Source: a virus
Lineage: Duplodnaviria; Caudoviricetes
IMG/VR virus record: IMGVR_UViG_3300028423_000849
Coordinates: 1-62,787 of that record
Reading direction: 5' to 3' (one strand)
Length of the DNA stretch: 62,787 nucleotides
Below are positions 56,469-62,787 of this stretch, piece after piece. The position numbers were made by a program, and so were the translations under genes. A model generated the notes under the pieces. It did not search any database and was not told where the DNA came from. It saw only the letters and a program-made list of their open reading frames with translations. Position 1 is the stretch's first letter; each line of letters begins with the position of its first letter.

Positions 56469-57321
56469 AGTCGTTCTCCATTTGCTTGATCATGCTGTTG
56501 GTGATCCAATCTTTGTCCACATAGTGAAAAGGCAGTGTCTGCTGATAATTGCCAACCTTGAAACTGTTGTATTTGCTGTAATACACAGGTAGACTATTGG
56601 TCCATAGATCGGATATTTGCACCTGTTTGATGTTTTGCACATGACTTTTCATGTGCACAAAAGTTGGCATGCTGTCGATGTTTTCACGCACGCAGTGATG
56701 CTCAATCCCCAACAGTTGCATTGCTAATGCGTATGCAACGTCCCCGCTTAACCAGTCGGGTTTTCCTCGTGGCATATACTTGTAGAAAAATCGCTCCCAG
56801 TGCTGAAACACAATTTCTATCATGTGAAATAGTTCTGCTGAGAGATCGCATTTCTTGAAATAGAAGAATGCTGTGTACACATTGGGAAGGTTGTTGTTAA
56901 CAAAGTATTCTCTGTAGTAGTTGCTGTCTACTACCTCGCCGCGATAGTTTCTCACAGTGGTAGTGGCCCATACATCGCGTTGACACAGGATATCCCACCA
57001 ATGACTAACATCTGTGGGAAACAACATGTCTGTGTCAAGTATTACTGTTTCGTCATAGGGAGACATGTAAAAGTATTTCCACTTGTTGTGTATTTTCCAC
57101 TGTTTGTTCACAGCAGCGTCAGCCCAGGGTATATCCACAATGTGATCAAAAACTTCTCGGTGTTTCTGTGTGATTTTTTTCTTGGTTTCTGCATCTACGC
57201 ACACAGTGAGATTGTTCACTGTGCTTTGTGTGAGTTTGAGATTCAGTGCTAATGCATATGCTTGACGCAGATAATCTACGTCATCTGTGTTCTGTGCAAT
57301 TACCACATAACCGCGGCTCAT
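56455..57321 (-). CDS. GT-A glycosyltransferase (GT8-like)
   Basis: SPYDETVILDTD, late FVHMK; RBS AAGGA. Confidence 0.75.
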   Translation of the reverse strand: MSRGYVVIAQNTDDVDYLRQAYALALNLKLTQSTVNNLTVCVDAETKKKITQKHREVFDHIVDIPWADAAVNKQWKIHNKWKYFYMSPYDETVILDTDMLFPTDVSHWWDILCQRDVWATTTVRNYRGEVVDSNYYREYFVNNNLPNVYTAFFYFKKCDLSAELFHMIEIVFQHWERFFYKYMPRGKPDWLSGDVAYALAMQLLGIEHHCVRENIDSMPTFVHMKSHVQNIKQVQISDLWTNSLPVYYSKYNSFKVGNYQQTLPFHYVDKDWITNSMIKQMENDYVRQ

Positions 57322-58286
57322 GTTGTTTTCCTTCTGACAGATTTTTTCTTGTTGGCTTTGCTGTTTGACCCGGATTTGTCTTCTTGATCGGGGCTCATCA
57401 ACTGCATGAGCTTGCCGCTTATGCGATCTATTGCCCATTTATTCATCACGTGTATGTCTACGCCTTTCCAGTTTGTCAAGATAAATTCGTTGGGTGCAGT
57501 GGGTTTCTGCAGATAAAAAACAACTTCATCAGCAGACATCACATCATAGATATCATCAACATCAAAGGTTTTATGCAGTGTCACTGGCAGTTGATGAACT
57601 GCACAATTTTGAAATCCGCCTAGCATATGAGCTGCAATGCTAAAACTGTAGTCGTTGCGGTAGAATTTTGTGTTCCAATCATAGAGATCCTTGTGATATT
57701 CTGGGTTGTCTCTGACATACTTCACTATTTCAAAAAAGCTCTCTGCATAGGCAGTCTTCTGAAAGTATACCACAGTTGCCCAATACATATTAGGACCCGT
57801 AGGCGAAATTCGATCAAGTCCTCTGAATTTTCTGCCAGCATAGATATCGTTGAACTCATAGTTCATCATGAGATCGTTTTTGTGCCCCCAACATCGATTC
57901 AAGCTATCACTGAAAATCAAATAATCACAGTCTATGAGAATGGTTTCATCATAGGGAGACAGCTCAAAAGCATCACAGCGATCCACATTGTAAAATGAAA
58001 GTTTTTCGGCAGACTGAATAGAATCCTTGTATACCTTGATGTTTTTGTTTTCAAAGTCGCTGTCTTTTTCGATGCATAGAATGTTCGAGCTGGCTGACTC
58101 AATCAGAGTTTTGTCCAAGGTGTTGTTGGCGTTTTCAATGGTTTGGGAGTTTGACACAATGGTAATCTGATCAGCAGTTAGGCCAAGATGCTTTTGTGCC
58201 AAGAGAGCATTCATCACTGCCATGCGAAAATAATCAATGCTGCCATTGTTGTGGGCAAACATTATGATGCCGCGACTATCAGTCAT
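57318..58286 (-). CDS. GT-A glycosyltransferase, paralog of 56455-57321
   Basis: SPYDETILIDCD, RNDYSFSIA, HVMNK. Confidence 0.75.
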   Translation of the reverse strand: MTDSRGIIMFAHNNGSIDYFRMAVMNALLAQKHLGLTADQITIVSNSQTIENANNTLDKTLIESASSNILCIEKDSDFENKNIKVYKDSIQSAEKLSFYNVDRCDAFELSPYDETILIDCDYLIFSDSLNRCWGHKNDLMMNYEFNDIYAGRKFRGLDRISPTGPNMYWATVVYFQKTAYAESFFEIVKYVRDNPEYHKDLYDWNTKFYRNDYSFSIAAHMLGGFQNCAVHQLPVTLHKTFDVDDIYDVMSADEVVFYLQKPTAPNEFILTNWKGVDIHVMNKWAIDRISGKLMQLMSPDQEDKSGSNSKANKKKSVRRKTT

Positions 58287-58632
58287 CGATGATATCTACA
58301 ATTTTGTGTACTTTGCGAGCCTTTCTTAGCTTTTCGTACTCAGCATAATAGTCGTTGGTGACTTCAAAATACCTGCTAAGTATTTCATCGTAGAATTCTC
58401 TGAGATCCACTTGGATTGGGTTGTCATAGATATCCAAGAGCACTGCTTGTTTTTTCTTGTCATCCAGCAACAATTTACAGAATGTAAGTAGCTCTCGATT
58501 AATGGTGAATGTGCCGCCATTGATGCTGTAGCTCAACAGACTCTGTGTTTTTGATTTCAACACCTGTTGTTGATTGTTTAAAGTTGCTCGATAGTTGGCA
58601 AATTCAAGTGCTTTGGTAAGTTTTGCGCTCAT
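58279..58632 (-). CDS. hypothetical protein
   Basis: First gene after ATAAATA at 58676-58682 (minus strand). Confidence 0.7.
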   Translation of the reverse strand: MSAKLTKALEFANYRATLNNQQQVLKSKTQSLLSYSINGGTFTINRELLTFCKLLLDDKKKQAVLLDIYDNPIQVDLREFYDEILSRYFEVTNDYYAEYEKLRKARKVHKIVDIIDD

Positions 58633-58718
58633 GATTGTACTACTTTGTGTGTTTGTTTTTGTGTGTTGACTGTTGTATTTATTTCGCTCAACAGAGCTCT
58701 GTGATATTTTTCAGCCAT

Positions 58719-58760
58719 AAAAAACCCCCGAGCAGTCCTTGTGAAAGTAACCGACGGGGG
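58719..58760 (-). terminator. intrinsic terminator after the structural genes
   Basis: Minus strand CCCCCG...CGGGGG-TTTTTT. Confidence 0.7.
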
Positions 58761-58793
58761 CCGTGTCAGAGGTTATTTATTTTCAGTGCTGTA

Positions 58794-59771
58794 TCAGCTA
58801 CCTGAAATTGAACCTGCGCTCACGCTGCTCGGTGAAATCACAGTAAACCCTGAGCCGTTTTCATTGGGAAGATTGCGTCGAGCGTTAATGGTCAGTGTGC
58901 CGTCAACCACATCATCAAGCACGTTATCGCCTGCATCATTGAGCTCTGTGGTGATAATCACTTCGGTGGGAGCAGATGTGCTGTTAACTCGAGCAAATAT
59001 CTGTATGTAATCCGAGCCATATGGTGCTGGACTACCAAAGTATTGCAACAGCGACTGATCAGAGGTTGTGAGATCATAAAAGCCTAGGCTCGAAGGAGAA
59101 CCTGCACTGGACGATACGTTGTTGTGCGACATGAACACATCGCCTATAGCATTCAGTTTATTGGTCCAGTTGGTGTTCTGATCTCTAGTGTGGCCGCCTG
59201 TTCTGCTGGCACTGACACCTAATGCACCGCCGAGATTGAAAAATGCACGTGCATCCTCTGCAGTGGAAAATGTCCATGTGGTGATTTGCGTCAGTGTGTT
59301 GGTCCAGCTGGTGGTTCTCTGTGCGTTGTCTTGGGTAGTAGCTGTAAGGCTGGCGGGTGAAAAACGAGCATTCCAGATATCTTGAACATTCAGCATCAGG
59401 TTATTCCATGTGGCCGCGTCAATAACTGTGCTTGACGTTACGTCAGTGCCTACCCCGGCACGCAGTGATAGTCCTAGATATGCACATGCGGCCTGCACAT
59501 CATCCTGCAATCGCTTGAAACCACCGTCTGCATCATCTGCATAGACCAGCTCGCCTGCACTTGCTGCATTAACGCCTGCTCCGCCCTGGCTCCAACCATA
59601 TGTGTTATCAGCTACATAGCCGCCGGTGCTAATTGATTGTGCTGCACCAAAAAGACTGTCAATGTTAGTGCGTGCATTGTTGAAATCTGCAGGTTCTACT
59701 AGATCGGTGCCACCAACAACCTGTGTCATTGTTTGCATACCACCTGCTGTAATTGTACTGCCTGAAGCCAT
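58794..59771 (-). CDS. virion structural protein (tail/baseplate-associated)
   Basis: G/S/T/A-rich; F.T..DARAFFNLGG motif; follows a fibre-like gene. Confidence 0.6.
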   Translation of the reverse strand: MASGSTITAGGMQTMTQVVGGTDLVEPADFNNARTNIDSLFGAAQSISTGGYVADNTYGWSQGGAGVNAASAGELVYADDADGGFKRLQDDVQAACAYLGLSLRAGVGTDVTSSTVIDAATWNNLMLNVQDIWNARFSPASLTATTQDNAQRTTSWTNTLTQITTWTFSTAEDARAFFNLGGALGVSASRTGGHTRDQNTNWTNKLNAIGDVFMSHNNVSSSAGSPSSLGFYDLTTSDQSLLQYFGSPAPYGSDYIQIFARVNSTSAPTEVIITTELNDAGDNVLDDVVDGTLTINARRNLPNENGSGFTVISPSSVSAGSISGS

Positions 59772-59789
59772 TTGTTTATCTCCCGAATA

Positions 59790-61778
59790 TTATTTGATGC
59801 CGATTACTGCTTCGACTATGCCGGCATCATCTGAATTTTTGTCTTCCAATGCTCTTCCAATCACAAACCTAGGATCATAGGGTTGACTGTGATCAAAAGC
59901 ACATGCTGTGCCTGGCTGATCTGCTGATACCAAACGCTCACCTTTTTTCACTGTGCCTACTACTTTCACAGGCACTCGTCCTTGTAATGCCACAGGTAAA
60001 CCTGTGGCTTTGTTGTTCATCAAATAAGCAGGTTCTGTGGATATCACACCAAACACATCAACATCAAGGTATTTTTCTGTGACTGTGATTTCTGCATCGC
60101 CGCCTATTTTAACCACTGTGCCAGGCGCATACTCTGAGTCACTGGCATAGATTTCAGCCAAGTCAGCGTACTGTGCCTGTGTAGCTGTGCCTTCAAAGAA
60201 GTTGGCAGTTACGTTGCCTGTGGCATTTACGTTGCCAGCACTTACATTGCCTGAAAATGATGCGCTAACACCAAAATAGTTTTCAATGCGCTCTGAGCTC
60301 GAGCCGATGTTTTGAGTATTTACACCATTCACAGTAAGCTGACCATTGATGGTAGTGTCTGTGTTTAGAATTGTACTGGTGTTTACAACTAAATTTTCTG
60401 TGGTAAGCGTGTTAGAGAAGGTGCCTGATTCGCCGTCAATGTTGGCCAACACTGTGCCTACACTGAGACTGCCAAACGATGTTGCACCGCTCACATTCAG
60501 TGACTGTGCTTCTAGCAAACCAGTAACATTGGCACTGGCCAATGTGGTATCACCGGTGACTGTGAGATTGCCTGTGACGTCGGCACTGTTCTCCACAGTG
60601 ACATTAGAGGTTGTGATGTTATTGCCAAAATAGTCTTCAATGACATTGCCACTTGAACCCAAACTCTGTGTGTTTACACCGTTGACACTGAGGTTGCCGT
60701 TTATAGCTGTATTGCCATTAAGTGTGCTGTCATTGTTTACCACTAGACTGTCAAAGTCTGCGGCGTCTGCTGTTATTGTGCCAACAGTTGCAGTATCACT
60801 GATGTTGGCATTAGCAAGAGTGATCTCAGATCCTTCAGCATCAATATCACCGCCAAACGAACCACCGCCGATGATGTCAAAGGTAGTCGCATTTATTGGT
60901 CCATCAACACTGATACTATTGGTGTCAATGGTAGTGAAGAATCCCTCTGAAACAGGGGTGTCCACGCTGCCAATCTTGGTTACAAACAGTGTGTCTGCAG
61001 CCGCAATAGCACTGCTCTCTGCTTCTGCGCGAACATTTATGCCTTTGAGTATTTGTCCAATGCTCCTGCCTGCCCGTGCTTGTGCAATTCCACCTGTGGC
61101 TGTGAGTTCCGAATAATAGAGATTGTTGTCTGGCGAACCTGTGTTGTCAACTACAAAATCAACATCAGAGAACAAAGCCATTATGGTCTCGTCTTGGGCA
61201 GGTTCAACATCCTCGGTCTTGCCTTGATTGTTGGTGCCAGAGTTTACATATACCAGTGCCAACACAGGATGTATTTGGCTACTGCCCGACTCCTTGAGTA
61301 GAAGGTTGCGCATGCGTGATCCATAGAACGCAGGGCTACCTTGATTGGTGTCGTTTTCAAACTCAGTGGTAATTTCTCCAGGATAACTGGCGTTTTGCCA
61401 GTCACTGCCATTGTAGATCTGCAAGGTCTTGGTTGTGAGATTTAGGAATCCTTCGCCGCCTACTAGACCGGATGTGGGCCGTTGACTCTGTTGGTCAACC
61501 ACGTTGTTGGTTGCACGTTTCCACACACTGCCGTCCCACACACGCAGTACCTGCTCGCTTTTGTCGAACCAAAGTTGACCAATCAATCTCACACTGGGGC
61601 TAGGCGCAACAGTGTCTGCAAAATTTTCTAGATGACGTATGGTATTTTGTGCAAAAAACTGACCATAGTTCGAAACGTTACGGCCTACCAAAGCAAGAGA
61701 ATACGTGGTGGTGTCTACTGTGTTGTCAGCAACAGTTACCGTTAGGCTTCCGTCGCTGTTGTTTACAATGTATGGCAT
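59790..61778 (-). CDS. tail fibre/baseplate protein with C-terminal chaperone/autoprotease-like domain
   Basis: N-terminal LVGRNVSNYG...HLLENFA-type region and GQLWFD; beta-rich repeats; C-terminal YADLAE...PVALQGRVPVKV. Confidence 0.7.
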   Translation of the reverse strand: MPYIVNNSDGSLTVTVADNTVDTTTYSLALVGRNVSNYGQFFAQNTIRHLENFADTVAPSPSVRLIGQLWFDKSEQVLRVWDGSVWKRATNNVVDQQSQRPTSGLVGGEGFLNLTTKTLQIYNGSDWQNASYPGEITTEFENDTNQGSPAFYGSRMRNLLLKESGSSQIHPVLALVYVNSGTNNQGKTEDVEPAQDETIMALFSDVDFVVDNTGSPDNNLYYSELTATGGIAQARAGRSIGQILKGINVRAEAESSAIAAADTLFVTKIGSVDTPVSEGFFTTIDTNSISVDGPINATTFDIIGGGSFGGDIDAEGSEITLANANISDTATVGTITADAADFDSLVVNNDSTLNGNTAINGNLSVNGVNTQSLGSSGNVIEDYFGNNITTSNVTVENSADVTGNLTVTGDTTLASANVTGLLEAQSLNVSGATSFGSLSVGTVLANIDGESGTFSNTLTTENLVVNTSTILNTDTTINGQLTVNGVNTQNIGSSSERIENYFGVSASFSGNVSAGNVNATGNVTANFFEGTATQAQYADLAEIYASDSEYAPGTVVKIGGDAEITVTEKYLDVDVFGVISTEPAYLMNNKATGLPVALQGRVPVKVVGTVKKGERLVSADQPGTACAFDHSQPYDPRFVIGRALEDKNSDDAGIVEAVIGIK

Positions 61779-61898
61779 GCTTGAATCCTTAAAAGTCTCT
61801 GATGCTATTATTTATCATATATAGATAAAATATGCTTTATCTGTATTTTGTAGGACACGAAACTTAACTGTATTTATCACTGCTTATAAATATGCTGT

Positions 61899-62774
61899 AT
61901 GAAACAAAAACACACACATATTCCCGATGACTGGGTTAACTGGATTCGTCTCTGCTACGAAAAAAAGAGTGATTTCATGCAGATGATGAAAACACTTCGT
62001 GAACACTTTGATGACACTGCTGTTTATCACTGGGTATCGCAGATATGGCAGCATCTAGACGTGCCCTTAAACTCAGAGTATAATCTAGATCACAGCTGGT
62101 TGAACGTTGAAAACAAATGTGTTGGAGGCATAGAAATCCAACATTTACATCAGCGGCCCACTGTTGCTGTGTTCAAAAATATTCTCAGTGAAGCAGAATG
62201 TGACACGATTGTAAACTCGTACACAGACAGCTCCAGAGAAACAAGAGCATCGGTGTACGATAACAACACAGGAGGAAGTCGCATAGACAATGCAAGGACC
62301 AACACCTTGACACACATCAACTACGGCGAGCACCCTGTTGTTGTAGAGCTGGAAAAGCGCATTGCAAAAGTGACAAACCTGCATGTGCAAAGAGGAGAAT
62401 CCTGCCAGTTGCTCCACTATCAATCAGGCGAGCAGTACACCCCACATGACGATTTCTTTCACAGCAACGGAGCCAGCAGTAACATTTCAGCATACGGCCA
62501 GCGTCTGGCCACAGTAATCACATATCTCAACGATGTCGATGAAGGCGGAGAAACTGACTTTCCTAACCTTGGAATTACTGTGCCGCCAACCAAGGGCGAT
62601 GCCTTGTATTTTGAATACACAGATCCAGAAGGTTGTTCTACCACACTATGCCGACATGCTGGCATGCCTGTGTTGCAGGGAGAGAAATGGGCCATTACCA
62701 AATGGCTCCGGTTGGGGTTTCCTATGCCCAGCGAACATTTTCTAGCATCTTATAGCCGTAATAGTCTATTGTAA
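61899..62774 (+). CDS. prolyl 4-hydroxylase-like 2OG-Fe(II) oxygenase
   Basis: YTPHDD, QRLATVITYLNDVDEGGETDFP, HAGMPVLQGEKW; TATAAATA at 61885-61892. Confidence 0.9.
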   Translation: MKQKHTHIPDDWVNWIRLCYEKKSDFMQMMKTLREHFDDTAVYHWVSQIWQHLDVPLNSEYNLDHSWLNVENKCVGGIEIQHLHQRPTVAVFKNILSEAECDTIVNSYTDSSRETRASVYDNNTGGSRIDNARTNTLTHINYGEHPVVVELEKRIAKVTNLHVQRGESCQLLHYQSGEQYTPHDDFFHSNGASSNISAYGQRLATVITYLNDVDEGGETDFPNLGITVPPTKGDALYFEYTDPEGCSTTLCRHAGMPVLQGEKWAITKWLRLGFPMPSEHFLASYSRNSLL

Positions 62775-62787
62775 ATCGATTATAACG

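Noticed and set aside
58719-58765. Riboswitch or ribozyme in the irregular GAAA-containing hairpin
   Set aside because: No consensus I can match; adequately explained as a terminator after the structural genes
1-62787. CRISPR array, IS/transposase, integrase or rRNA
   Set aside because: No regularly spaced repeats or recognisable motifs seen by eye
1-62787. Stop-codon reassignment
   Set aside because: Long genes are intact in the standard code, and TAA, TAG and TGA all end tightly packed genes

Overview
The window is a fragment of a large tailed-phage genome with distant T4-like features: a family B DNA polymerase, a sliding clamp, ATAAATA late-promoter-like motifs, strong sigma70-type promoters and a tRNA cluster. 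The plus-strand half (1-27.5 kb) carries four tRNAs, then DNA polymerase B, the clamp and a 7-deazaguanine DNA-modification locus. That locus holds DpdA, a QueD/DpdL-like T-fold protein, FolE and QueE, interleaved with a GT-B glycosyltransferase, GalE and a purine PRTase; no QueC is present in the window. A 5'-3' nuclease, an HNH nuclease, a DNA methyltransferase and a MoxR AAA/VWA pair follow. The mostly minus-strand half (27.5-61.8 kb) has two virion/tail genes upstream of a ~31 kb glycan/small-molecule tailoring cluster. The cluster contains many glycosyltransferases, six radical SAM enzymes, an amidinotransferase, a carbamoyltransferase, a PLP aminotransferase, five SGNH-like proteins, a UDP-sugar dehydrogenase and a degenerate NeuB. 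Four observations stand out. (1) The polymerase and DpdA end in the identical peptide LDEFFEF and sit either side of the clamp gene, suggesting clamp-tethered, replication-coupled base exchange. (2) The locus may make a glycosylated 7-deazaguanine. (3) The tailoring cluster resembles aminoglycoside/saxitoxin-type chemistry and probably decorates the virion. (4) An intergenic hairpin has an anti-Shine-Dalgarno loop complementary to a repeated phage leader. All calls rest on motif recognition by eye; no database searches were run.
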